From the NCBI GenBank assembly GCA_043228905.1, contig JBHGNT010000004.1, positions 11,470,001-11,534,000 on the forward strand: a stretch of DNA of 64,000 bases, in the 5' to 3' direction. Shown here in pieces: positions 37,031 through 49,728 of this stretch. The translations under genes and the position numbers were made by a program. Numbering within the stretch: the stretch's first letter is position 1; each line of letters opens with the position of its first letter. The DNA is from Azolla caroliniana. Lineage: Eukaryota > Plantae > Polypodiophyta. The notes under the pieces are model-generated. The model ran no database searches. It was not told where the DNA came from and worked only from the letters and a program-made list of their open reading frames with translations.

Positions 37031-38807
37031 CGACTTGTTCTCTGCTAATTGCAGATGTAGCCGAGCGTGCCAAAATTATACTGTGTTGTTCAGTCGGCAC
37101 TCAACTCCGTCACCGAAATTTAGTATATACGAGCGTTATACTCCGAATGTTCTATCAAAGAATTGTAGATTACGAATGGATTAGACTATGTTAATCATGT
37201 ACTACGATACGATATTCTGTATCATGATCAATTCTGTTAGCTAGTATAGATATAGTAGAATAACATATAGATTTATAAAATGTCGACACAAGTGCTCAGA
37301 GTTCTACAACTAATGAGAACTGGACAAACTGGGATACAAAACTACATGTTGTTTGGTCGGCACTCAACTCCGTCACCGAAACTCAGTATATACGAGCGTT
37401 ATACTTTGAATGTTCTATCAAAGAATTGTAGAGTACGAATGGATTAGACTCTGTTAATCATGTACTATGATACAATATTCCGTATCGTGATCGGTTCTGT
37501 TAGTTAGTATAGATATAGCATAACAACATATAGATTTATAAAATGTCGCCACAAGTCCTCAGAGTTCTACAACTAACAAAACTATATTAACTAAAACAAA
37601 CATTTTTACAATGCCTTCGGTTTCTTTTATAGGTAACCATAAAGGCTTTCTCATCAAGAAATACATATTGCCTTACCGGTAAGAACTACAAAACTTATAA
37701 CTAACTTAATATTCAGTAATTTATTATTTCGGCAAAATGCTGACTCATCGATCCTCATCGTCAATCTGACCCCGACTTCGACGCTTCTACACTTGTCTGA
37801 CAACCCCTTGTCCGGGTAACACTACACAACACGTTATGGGCATACCTAATGGCTTACAAAACAAGTATCTGAAGGACACTGTTCCAGCTGGCATTCAAAT
37901 TGGAGGCAGTTATGCCTATGGAGTTCCAAATTCCCAGCTTAAAGATATAGGTTCATGAATGGTTAAGCGAGAATTAATTGAAAAAGATCCGGTTGGCAAC
38001 ACTGTGCGAACTAAAGAACTCTGGATAGCCAATGTGTTGCAGCTGGAGCTCGAACAACAGAGGAAGAAAGCTTTTGTGGACCGGCATAGATGAGCAAACG
38101 AGAAAGAATCTGGCATCGGCAAGCATGTGCTAGTATTCCAAACCCGGATGGGCAAGATGTCGGGGAAGCTACGATTCCGGTGGACCAGACCATTTTGGAT
38201 TACGAAGGAATTCCAGGGATCTTATGAACTAGGTACGCTAGCCGGCAAGGTGTTGGCCAAATGAATAAATGGTTTCCAACTTAAACCATACAAAGTTTGA
38301 TGCTAGAGAACCCATTCAAGCAACTGGAGGAACAGCAGGTTCCGGAAACCGGTGCACTTCCATCCACAACGAAGCCGGTGCAGTCAGGCACTAAAGAATA
38401 ACTAAACGGTACCAAGTTTGGCCAGGTATTTCAGGTTGTATGAGAGAAATAAATAAAAAACATGCAAAGGAGCATGCAAAGAGAATATATATGATAATAA
38501 TAATAAAATGATACTATTCTATATGATGAACGACCACCATGACAAGGCGTGACAAGAGACCATTTAAAGCTGACACGCAGCACCATCGTACTATTATGGT
38601 ACACGACGTGCATGCACGGGATTCAAGAAGTGGCGGCTGTTAGAAATGGGGATACAAAACTTCCAACAAAGTGAAGGATGGTCATTTCACAAGAGAAGGC
38701 TTTTGAGAGCAGAGCAGAGCACACATGTTTCTGGAAAAGCACAGGCAATCACCCAAGCATGAGCAGGCAACCGTAGCAACACATTCGACAAAGAAGACAC
38801 ATGCCCT

Positions 38808-41800
38808 ATGGCGCTCTCAACCGCTACCAGAGACTGGTTCAGCAAACATGGTTTGGAAGGGTTTCTCCGAGTAGCGGATGTGCCACCACACAAAGAACCG
38901 GAAACGATTGCAACAAGGATTGACCTCGAGGAGATCTCAGAGGCACCATCCAAGCTCTCATTGGGTTACCAGCCGGAGGGCTGTATTCCATCGAGAACCC
39001 CTCCACAATCCTAATCAAATACTTCGGGGAGTACTCCATCGCTAGCAAAGCATACAGAATACAAGGCAGCGAAAATCCTTTGTTTAGGGAGGTGGCTCGT
39101 GTTTTATTAGAAAGTGGATTTGTGCATCCTCGACCATAGGCCATGCCAAAGAATCGAGTTAGATTTATCATAGCAACATTCGAAGGCCTCAAGGTGGATT
39201 GGCCGGTAATTATAGCTGACTCTCTACAAGCAGCAATCGCATCCGATGTTGTTATAGGCATGACCATATAATATCTCGCGGTGAGAATTTACCGTAGTAT
39301 TCTATACATGTGGATAAGTGTGAGGGTTAAATGAGAGTGTAAAGAAGGGGAGGATTACTTGTAATCCTCGGAATTGAGACAACCCATTAGGCCAAGTGTG
39401 AACTTGCATGGGGGCCTTGGGTCTCACTATAAATATGAGGCCTAGCTACCCTCATTTCATCATCTTTTGACTACATCAAAACTCTCACGTTGTGGTGGGT
39501 CAACTCTTGTAGCGAGCGTGCCAGCACTAGGTATGACCCGATGCCACGACAGTGGTATGGGATGTTGATCGAGGCTGGAGTCTGTCTCGATCCCTTCGCT
39601 CAAGGGTGGTCGGGTGGATCGACACCCTTCTTTCTCTCTCTCCTTTCTATCTATCTATCTTTTATCCTTATCATATGCTTACATTAGACCATAACTCTAA
39701 CAATAGTGGACGGGAAGAAGGCATGGTGCGGGTTAGCCTAGTGGCTAACATTATTGGTACCCCTAACACCCGTCGTCAAACCGAAGAAGCGGACCCAGCT
39801 GGATGCTACACCAAATAAGGCATCCAAACGGCAACAGCTCCTGTCAAAACACAACCCCAGATGGGCGGCAAGAGAATCCTCTCAGCAGGAAGTGTAGACG
39901 ACCCGAGAGCAGGAACCGGTAGAGCCAGTTCTAGAGAAAACGGCCAAACCAATCAAAATCAAGTTGCGCCAGGAAGATAGGGATAGAGATACGGGCGACC
40001 TGGTCCAGAAGGTGAACCAAGAAACTATGGAGGAATAGGCTGAAAGATGAACCGGCCGAAGTCCTTTGACATCGCCTAAGGAAGCGCGACACGGAGCAAC
40101 GGGGGGATGGATCGGATCCGGAGCAGGACAGTACCCGGAGGTAGAACCGAGGACAGAAGGAGAGCCAGTAATAAGGCCAGAAGTGGCGACAACAGTTCAA
40201 CAGGAACTAGTTACAGAAGAATTTACCTTACTGAGTCTTCAAACGCAATAGCACGAGGAACGTTGTCCAGAGCGGACACGGGAACCGCTGAACTAAGGGC
40301 TCCAAAAGGAGCATGAACCCAGGCCAAAGCTAGGGCAGCTGTTTGATGACCTTACACAACACAAAACATGTTGCCAATGGTTAAAATGGCTCGAAGAGCA
40401 AGTATCCGGTGTGGCCAACCGAATGGAGGACGAACAACAGCAAGCCGGAGTTAAGACGGAACGGTTGCTAGCCACAACTGAAGAATTAGAGAAGGCCTGG
40501 GCACATATCCGGAGCCTGGAGGAAGAGTTGAAAAGGACCAAGGAATATGTGGTCATCATGGCTAACATGGGCCAACAAAGTGTAGTAATGGACCCGGTGC
40601 CACCAGCTACTCTACAAAAGGAAGCTTCGGAAATAGATGTTGAGTGGGAACAAGTAATGTTAACCCTAAAGGAACAATTAGCCGCTCAAGAAGCATTCCG
40701 CGACAGAGAATAGGCGCAAAAGCAGACAGTTGAAGAAGAGAAGCGGAGAATAGAAGAAAATCTCCAGAAAAGTCACACAAACAACGACCGATTGAAGGAG
40801 GACAGAGAAAAATTGTTGCAGGAGAAGGATAAGCTCTAGAGAATGGAAAAAACAGAAATAGAGTGGTTGAAAGAAGAAATCTGATAGTAGAAGGAGAGAG
40901 AGGATCGAGCGTGCTCCCACATAAACCGTCGGCTAAAACAGAAAACTGAGGATTTTGAAAAGTTGCACCGGGGCCACAAGCAACTAGATGCTGAACACAA
41001 GAAGCTTGGGTCGGACTTTGACCGGCAACAAGAAAAGATGAAAGAAATCCAGACGGAGTTGGTCAAGAAAACGAAGGTGTTGGCGGATGAACAAACCAAG
41101 GTGGTTGCTACGGCGACGACATTAGTAGAAGCAGCAATGAAAAAAATGGAGCTAAAAAAAAAGCACTATGAAGAAGCAGAATGGGAAAAAATGGCTTTGG
41201 ATAGGGTCCAAACAACCTACCTAACCCAATTAGTGAACTATGAAATGTAGCCTTAGGCTACTACCGCCCTAATTAAGAAGTTGAAGGAGGACAAGCAAGT
41301 TGAGGAGGACAAGACAAGGCTTGGACTGGGCCGGATCCGGGAAATGATGCAGACATGGAAAGACCGGACAAAGAAGAATACCAATGACAGCTCGGTGGGT
41401 TGGTGGATTCAATAGTCGCAACAAGCAGTGGAATTACAGGTCCTCCTAGAATATGCAGAAAACCAGAAGAGGGCCGGTGACAATTTTTACAAGATGGATG
41501 AAGAAAATGTTGTCAATATCTAGGAGGAGATGGCAGATGACTTCTTTGCTTTGGTTGGAGCTCAACTTGAAGCCGTCAGGAGACTGATAGAAAGTCTTGA
41601 TGATGATCAGCTCAGAACACAACTTCAGCTTGAGCAATTCGAATAGGAACCCTGGAGGCTGGAGGTAGAAAAACGAACATTGGCAATAAATATCAGTGAT
41701 GAGGAGCATACTACGGAATTGCAACCGCAACAAGAGGAGCCACCAAATGAAGCCGAAGGTAAACAACCAAGGGCAGTCGTTACGGACCAGAACAACGTGA

Positions 41801-41983
41801 CCGGGTCGGAGCAGCGAACAGGATGCCCAAACCGACGCAAGAACGGAGATGCCTCAGATGGAAGAAGCCGATAAGAAACAACATGCGCCTCAAGAGCAAC
41901 AACAACCAGAAGAGGAGCAGATAAACGAAGAACCACGCAAACCCCTACACTATAGCATATTGGACATACTCAACAATGATTAA
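38808..41983 (+). pseudogene. Extra 3' ORF of A' (degenerate, interrupted)
   Basis: MALSTATRDWFSKHGLEGFLRVADVPPH matches MALSEEARQW..GLLRIADAPPH; coiled-coil fragments follow. Confidence 0.82.
39247..39702 (+). mobile_element. Probable solo LTR inserted in the A' extra ORF
   Basis: Unrelated ~455-bp block starting TGTTG, with CTATAAAT near 39428 and a CT-rich 3' part; the host frame (AIAS|IVDGKK) flanks it. Right end and TSD are ambiguous. Confidence 0.6.
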
Positions 41984-41991
41984 CGGGCTAC

Positions 41992-42036
41992 CCCGTGGGT
42001 TCGATGTACAATGTATTGTCCCACGGGCGTGCCATG
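41992..42036 (+). other. tRNA 3'-half mimic at the PPT position of A'
   Basis: CCCGTGGGTTCGA-TGTACAATGTATTGT-CCCACGGGCGTGCCA-TG-LTR(TGTTGG at 42037). Confidence 0.8.
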
Positions 42037-42324
42037 TGTTGGCCGGTGACCAGAGTATGAAAGATAAGTGGGGGACGAGTTGGAAGCAGAATTGTTAGTC
42101 AGGCAAGACAAGTCTAAAAGCGTCGGAGTTGACAAGGTTCGAAAAATAGAGATTCAAAGTTGAAGTGGTAAAGGCAGATTGAGGAGTCAACATTTTTGCC
42201 GATTCTATGTACTTCTGTTAGTCCTTTATGGACTTGTATAAAAGTGCTCTCTGACCACATTCTATGTACAGAATATTCAGAGTATTATTTTGAATTGAGT
42301 TATGTTTATGTTCTGTTCTCTCTC

Positions 42325-42366
<42 letters not shown>

Positions 42367-45131
42367 GTATGCTTATTCTCTGTGTTAAGGTTCCATTAAA
42401 TCTTCTTCTCTTTACTGTTACTATCCAGCAAAGCCGGTTTAGCATACGCTTCCGCAGGCTAACTTTCACATGGTATCAGAGCATGAGGATTGAGAACCTC
42501 TATAGTCGGCGAGCGACTAGTGAAAACAAACCCTAACACCTGGTGAAGAACAGAAGAGAAACTAAGATGGATAGAGGAATGGCAAGTTCACTTCCGATAG
42601 AAAAGCTCAACCGAAGCAACTATGCATCCTGGTCATATAAAATGCACCAGTACCTACTAGGGCATGGATATTGGAGCTACGTGGAAGGAACCAACGAGGT
42701 AGCATCAGAGCCGGCACACAAAGACTTCCCGGTATGGGAGCAAGGAGTGAGTCGAGTATTGTATTGCCTCGCATCCGGTGTGTACCATTAGATGCTCGGC
42801 TACATCAAGGATGCCAAAACGCCAAAGGAGGCCTGGGAAAATCTACGAAAAATTTTCGCTGCAAGTACCACAACCCATAAGTTGTAGCTACTGCAAGAGT
42901 TGAACAACATCCGCCAGAGAGATATGTCGGTTATGGACTACACCACTAAGATTAAGGAGATCTGCGATGCACTCAGATCCATCAACGTAACGGTGGAAGA
43001 AGATGAGATAGTCCAGATCTGTCTTGCTGGTCTAGCACAACGATACGGGCCAATCCGAACGACAATTTGCACCCGGGAGAAGCCACTGTCCTTCTTTTAC
43101 TTACAATCCCTGTTGATGGTCGAAGAAAACCATGCAAGTGGGTCGAGGACCACTCAATCGGACAACCGGATGTTGTACATGGAGGCGGATCGACCCCGTG
43201 GGCGTGGAGGACGAGGTGGGTCGGCACGCAATGGAGGCGTCCGGCAAGAGCAAAACCAAAGGCACAAAGATTGTGCCGACAGCAGTTCCGGACCCTCCAC
43301 AAGTAGGGGGAGTCAAGCCAGTACCGGAAACCAGCAAGGAAAGGCCGACACGGAATGTTGGTATTGTGGCAAGAAAGGACACCAAGAAAGCAAGTGTTGG
43401 AAGAAGCACGCCGATTCGGATAAATCGAGATCCGACAAGGCCGGACAAGGAAACTGGCAAAACTTGCAGTACACAAAAGGATCATAAGGATCCAGAAGTG
43501 GGACAACCGGAAAAGGGCCAGCCTTCATGATGAAGCACAAGGCGAACTCAATGAAGAAGACCACAACCGGACTGGAGGAAGTGTGGTACGTGATTCCAGA
43601 GCATCTAACCATATGACGAGCCATGAAGAGTGGTTCTCATTTTTAGAGAAACCGAAACAATAGGGGATTGTCGAAACTGGAGACGACATCCCTCACCCAA
43701 TTGTGCATGTCAGAGAAGTCCCTTTAAGCCATGTCGGACAAAAGGGAAAGTTGATGAACGTATTACACGTTCCAAGTATCACAAAGAACTTGGTATCGGT
43801 TGGACAAATAGTTGACCAGGGAATGCAGGTGCGGTTTACGCACCTCGGGTGCTTCATCGAGGAAGAAGGTCGGATAATTGCGCAAGGGCGCAGAGAAGGG
43901 AGGATGTTCATCCTCAACACAAATGACGTCGGCACTGTCATGTTTTCTAAAGGATAGAATATTGAATCAAACATCGATCTTTGGCATAAGCGGATCAACC
44001 ACGTCAACTAGCAGAGCTTCAAGCTCTGCAGTCAAAACAAGTTGTGTTTGGATTGCCAAAGTTTAGTGGCCGGAAGGCCCAAATATGTGAAGCCTATGAA
44101 CTTGGGAAGCAACACCGTCTCCCATTCCCCACTGAATGAAACTAGAGCCGTATCAAGCTCAATCTAATCCATTCAGATGTATGGGGACCGACACAGAATG
44201 TTAATCTTGGCGATAGTTGGTATTTTGTCTCCTTCATCGACGACTACAGCGGGCATAGGTGGATCTACTCATCAAGAAGAAAAGTGAAGTCTTCAATTGT
44301 TTCCGGAACCTTCAAAGCTTAGTATAAAGGGAAACGGAGAGGAAGATAAAGTGTTTGCAGTCGGTGTTACCCGTAAGAATATACGGGGAGGCATAAGGGT
44401 ATTTTTAATGATGTGGTTGATGTGTATGTGTAAAGTAAATGAGTGTGAGGATGAGTATGTGTATGGACACATGCACAATTATGTGCATGTGTACAAGAAT
44501 GTGTAACAATCTTATTTATAACGGTCATGTAACCGTTACATTGAATGTATTATATAAACCCCCTATGGGGAATGTAATGAGATAACCTTTTTTCTCCTCA
44601 CATTCGTGCCATTTCCTATTTTTCTTTCGCTCTAGCTCTCTCCCTATCGTAACCCCCTTGGTAGGGGGGTTAAGCCATTCTAGGCTTCATCCCCCACCCC
44701 AACAACACTTTTGGCACGCCTGAATGGCCAACCCCCTTGAGAAGAAGTCTCTCTCACTCTCCCTCTCCATCAATAATCTCTCTCTATCCCTCTCTCTGTC
44801 TCTGTGTTGGAGAATGTGCTTTGTGCATGGACTTTGAGTGTGAGAGGCAGCCTGTGATGGAGATCTCCATGATATCCCCTTGAGAATCTCTCTCTCTCTC
44901 TCTCTCTACATTCAATATACGTTTGTTTCTCTACACCAACCCCTCGTGCAATTAACCTTAACCCTAACCCTTGCGCGCTCTGAGCTCATAGACAAAACGG
45001 CCGCCCGCAACAAATATCGTATCGCCAGACTCCTCTCCTCGGCGTGAAGATCATTCTCTGCATAGCTTCTCCTCCCGCCCTCTGTAATATTTCCTCAGAG
45101 CATCCATCCCTTCTTCTACAGCTTCTTGGTC

Positions 45132-46125
45132 ATGGTGAAGGAGAAATCCTTTCTCTCCACGGAGATTTTCCACAACGGCTCCATGAGCTTCTTCATTAGG
45201 GTTCGCTGCCTCTTGCCGGACTTCCTGTAGTCCGTTAACCTAAAGTACGTGAAGCTCGGATACCATTACCTCATCAGCCATGGCTTCTACCTCTTCCCCA
45301 TTCTTGCTCTCTTGGTAGCCTTCAGTGCCGAGCTCTCTCCAAGCAAGGCTTCTCGCAGCTATGGTGGGACGTCCACTTCAATCTGTTCAGCATATTGGCC
45401 TGCTCTGGAGCCATAGTCTTCATCGTGACCCTGCACTTCATGTCTCGGCCGAGGGCCGTGTAGCTCATCGACTTCGCCTGCTACAAGCCTATAGAGAATT
45501 TGAAGGTTTCTCGCCAAGCTTTCATGGATCATATCAGTAGCATAGGCAAGTTCAACGAAGCGAGCCTGGAGTTTCAAAGGAAGGCTATGGAGAGGTTTGA
45601 CATGGGGGAGGAGAACTACCTTCAGCCTGCAGCCTTGGCAAACACTCCCATCGCCACTGGGAAAGAAACTCGGTGAGAAGCAGAGATGGTGATGTTCACG
45701 GCCATAGACGAGCTCATCGAGAAGACAAAAGTCAGACCTAAAGATGTAGGGGTAGTGGTACTGAAATGTGGATTGTTCAACAACGTCATCACTGTCTGTT
45801 GTGGTGATCAATCACTACAAGATGAGAGGCAAAATTCTGAGCTTCAACGTTGGAGGGAGGAGGTGCAGTGCAGGCGTGATCGCATTAGATCTAGCCAACG
45901 ACATGCTCCAAGATTCAGGGAGCACCTACACAATAGTGGTGAGCACAAAGAACAGAACCTCCTCCTTCTACACAGGCAACAAGAAATCCATGCTTCTTCC
46001 CAACTGTTTCTTCAGGCTCGAAAGGGGGTGCGATCCTTCTTTCCAACATGAGCAAAGATAGGCGGAGATCCAAGTATCAGTTATGCCATATCGTCAGGAC
46101 TCACAAAAGGTGCACATGACAGATT
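45132..46125 (+). pseudogene. KCS: Captured 3-ketoacyl-CoA synthase (KCS, FIDDLEHEAD-like N-terminus), 3'-truncated
   Basis: FLSTEI...[82 protein letters not shown] and VRTHK. Confidence 0.92.
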
Positions 46126-46820
46126 GATAGAACTATATGTGTGTTCACTTCTTCAATTTGAGGCCTAAGCAATATTGAAATACATGGCCTGATATCCATC
46201 GCGGAGATGCGAATGGTCTAAACAATCGCCGCCGCCATCATTGTCGTCGCCGCTATCGTCGTCACCATTGCCGTCGTTGCCACCGCTGCCACCATCCGCT
46301 AGAATCGAAAGGTTGGAATACGAATTGAAGAACTGAAAAGAGAAAAGAGAAAGGGGCAGAGAAGAAAATTACAAGAACTCGAAGGCACACACTAAAATTT
46401 CAAAAGCTCAAGGGTAGAAGACAAAATTTCAAAAACGCAAGGGCATAGTACGAAATTTCAGAAACTCAAGGGCACACAAGCAAATTTTGGAAGGGCAGGA
46501 TATGAGATTTGAAAAACTGGAGGGTACTTAATATAATTTTAAAAAAAACCTAAGGGGTAGGACATAAAATTTCAAAAACACAACTCACATGATGAAAGAA
46601 AGAATACACAAACGCACAACACTCATTTCACGACCCATGCCACATTGAACTAGCGGATTGGTGTATGATACAATTGCAACTTGTCATGACCAAACGAGAA
46701 GGTTCGAGTCAAGCAAAGCTCTGATCGAAGTTATCGATCATAGAGCAGTGATCTGGTCGAGGGATTTCCGACTGTTGAGATGACCGATGGAGTTCCGGTC
46801 AAGAAGAAGTGCCATGGGGA

Positions 46821-46862
46821 GTGGGTTCACCATGCAATGCATTGTCCCACAGGCATGCCATG
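46821..46862 (+). other. tRNA 3'-half mimic at the PPT position of family B
   Basis: GTGGGTTCAC-CATGCAATGCATTGT-CCCACAGGCATGCCA-TG-LTR(TGTTAC at 46863). Confidence 0.78.
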
Positions 46863-49004
46863 TGTTACCCGTAAGAATATACGGGGAGGCATAAGGGCAT
46901 GTGTAATGATGTGTATGTGTAAAGTAAATGAGTGTGTGAGGATGAGTATGTGTATGGACACATGCACAATTATGTGCATGTGTACAAGAATGAGTAACGG
47001 TCTTATTTATAACGGTCATGTAACCGTTACATTGGATGTATTATATAAACCCCCTATGGGGTATGTAATAAGATAACCTTTTCTCTCCGCCCACATTCAT
47101 GCCATTTCCTATTTGTATTTCTCTCTAGCTCTCTCCCTATCGTAACCCCCTTGGCAGGAGGGTGAAGCCATTCTAGGCTTCATCCCCCACCCCAACAACA
47201 ATCGGATGGTGGAAAAGAATACTTTTCCGGCCAATTCTACAGTTATCTACAGCAGAACGGTATTCGGAGAGAAATCAACTACGGATACACACCGGAACAA
47301 AACAGTGTGGCCGAGTGAAAGAACTGGTCAATTGTCGACGCGGCAAGGGAAATGTTGGAGAAGAAGAGCATGCCCAAATTCTATTGGGCTGAGGCGGTCC
47401 AGACAACCGTCTACATCCAAAACCGGATCGGTGACAAGGTGTCAGCACACAAGCTGTATTTCGAGCGGAAGCCGAATTTGAGGCACCTTCGGATCTTCGG
47501 TAGCATAGCGTATGTGCATGTACCAGATGAGAAGCGGAGGAAGTTGGATCCGAAGTCGGAGAAATGCATCCTAGTCGGTTCCTCACATGAGCATAAGTGT
47601 TATAACCCCCAGACTAAATAGGTCTGAGTAAGCCGAGATGTCGATTTTGATGAATCGGCATCATGGTAATCTCTACCGACTCCAACTTCCGACTCCGACC
47701 CGATTCCTAAAGATGAGGCTAGTGAGCCCGAAGAGGTCCAGGTAGAAGATGAAGACTTTGGTACTCTAGATGAGAGTCTGATCTCATTCTGGCTAAGTGG
47801 GCTGAATAAGCGTCTGAGTTGGGATGACCATTCGGATGAAGAACCGGCGAGTAGTGGAGACTCTGCCGTGCTCTCCCCGCGCAAGGAACTGAGGAGACGG
47901 TTCACGCACAAAGAGAAGGGGAAAAAGAAGATGTCAGAATATAATACCGGTAGTGAAGGGTCAGATCGAAGCGACTTTGACCCCGGAAAGGGAGAAGGCG
48001 GATCTTCATAAATGAAGCCCGAACTGGCCAAGAAGGGCCTCAAACCAGGTAATGACAAGTTATGCTGATCAACCTGCTAGAAGAACCATGTCAAGAGGCA
48101 CGGGTATAATGATTAATGACTAAGGTGGCTGAAGTACGTGAGCCGGAGAGCTACACAAAAGCAGCAAAAGACGCAAATTGGCATGCTGCTATGGAGCAAG
48201 AAATGCGGGCACTTGATGCCAACGACACATGGGACTTGGTTGAGACCCTCCCCGACAGTTTAAATTGATCGGTTGCAAATGGGTATATAAGGTTAAGTAC
48301 AATGTCGACGGTTCGGTCAACCGGTACAAGGCCTGATTAGTAGCAAAGGGATACACACAAACCCACGGAATCGACTACGATGAGACCTTGCCATGGTAGC
48401 GAAGAAGATGATAGTTTGTGTGTTACTAGCTGTTGCTACGGCAAGGGGGTGGCATCTTCACCAAATGGGCGTGAAGAATGCATTTCTTCAAGGTGACCTT
48501 GAAGAAGGGGTCTATATGATCCAACCCCCCGGTTTCTAGTCGGAGATGAACATGTCGGCAGTGTGCCAACTCAAGAAGTCCTTTTACAGTTTGAAGCAAG
48601 CCCTGCGACCTTGGAATGAGAAGATCATGCACCGGTTGCGTAAGATGGGGTTTGCGGCCTCAAAGTCTGACTGGTCCCTGTTCATCTGGAACAGTCCGGA
48701 CGGTTCGGTTTGTATCCTGCTACATGTAGATGATTTAGTCATCATCGAACCCGAACTTAATGAAATCGGCCGAGTGAAGTCCTAGTTGTCAAACGCATTT
48801 GAAATGAAGGACCTCAGGGACCTTCATTATTTTCTTGGGATCGAGGTGATCCGAACCCCCGATGGCATATTGCTCTCACAAATACACTAAGTGTTGAATA
48901 TGTTGTACAAGTTTGGCATGATGGAATGTTGACCGATCTCCACACCCCTAGACCAGAACCTGAAGCTACATCTAGACTCTGGCCCGGCCTATGATGAGAA
49001 ACGG

Positions 49005-49728
49005 TGTCGTGGAGAAAACCGGCCATAGGAGGAATTGGGAGTCCTAGCGCGTGAACGGGTTTTACACGGATATGCACCAATTTAAGTTAATGTACCTTAT
49101 TTAAGACTAGGTCGGCGTGATGTAAATATAAACATATTAATAGGTTAGCAAATCAAGGCGTATCTTTGTCCTAAGGGATAGAGAATAAAGGTGATGGAAC
49201 TAGGATGTAACGACCGACCCTCAACGGTCCATAAAAAAGGGGGGAGAATGACTAAGAGGGGGATCGCTTTTGGGGAGGAGGAGGTGTTGTCGGACTGAGA
49301 ACCAAGCACCAACTTCTTTTGTTATCTCTGCAGGATTCTTGGCTGGATGGCTCTGTTCGCGAGGAAAGCCTATGTGCTTCCAGCAGAGGCAACACAACGC
49401 ATTTTGGACCTCGTGTGTGTAAGTGTGAGTGTGAGTGTCTGGCGTGGACACCGGCAGGTCGGTTATAATCTCCGTCTAGTTGTAATCGACTCTTCCTAAG
49501 TGTGATCTCTGCTCAGTTGCAATCTTCATTAAACCACTGCGATTCTATGTCTATCTTTGACATGTTGTCGTGTCATTGTCTGATTTGGCAAGCTCTGCGA
49601 TTGCTGGCATCTGGCGCTTACCGTCTTGCTCTTTCTCTTTCTTTGCCTTCTATCTTCGCACACTCCTCGGTTCAGGGCCCCCTACGGTCCCACCTTAGTT
49701 TCCTAAACACAAGCATGACAACACAACA
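49005..49728. mobile_element. Solo LTR (724 bp) in the Copia RT/RH region
   Basis: TGTCGTG...CACAACA termini; 4-bp TSD ACGG; removal restores DEKRFRPIVRSL. Confidence 0.82.

Larger units (their letters stand above)
24334..37821 (-). mobile_element. Athila-like Ty3/Gypsy element D (degenerate), inserted in the A' integrase
   Basis: LTRs 24334-25328 and 37084-37821; TSD CTACA (24329-33, 37822-26); minus-strand PBS TGGCACGCTCGG from 37072; gag-PR-RT-RH-INT and extra ORF on the minus strand. Confidence 0.92.
4223..42200 (+). mobile_element. Old Athila-like Ty3/Gypsy element A', split by nested insertions
   Basis: Segments 4223-5793, ~7890-9026, 12652-14061, 24111-24333, 37822-39246 and ~39703-42200 are collinear with element 51001-61013 (gag, PR, RT FLDD, RH, INT, extra ORF, start of 3' LTR at 42037). 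Confidence 0.9.
44365..47200 (+). mobile_element. Complete non-autonomous LTR element, family B, carrying a KCS retrocopy
   Basis: LTRs 44365-44707 and 46863-47200 (TGTT...AACA); TSD GTCGG/ATCGG; PBS TGGCACGCC at 44712; no gag or pol. Confidence 0.92.

Noticed and set aside
45132-46125. Functional host KCS gene
   Set aside because: Multiple stops and frameshifts, missing C-terminal part, and located between LTRs.
46380-46585. AAATTTCAAAA..AAGGGCA subrepeats resembling DNA-transposon subterminal repeats
   Set aside because: No TIR pair or TSD found, so no call can be supported.
46650-46712. Possible A-box (TAGCGGATTGG) and B-box (GGTTCGAGTC) inside family B
   Set aside because: Single instance with no stems to support a tRNA or SINE origin; could be chance.
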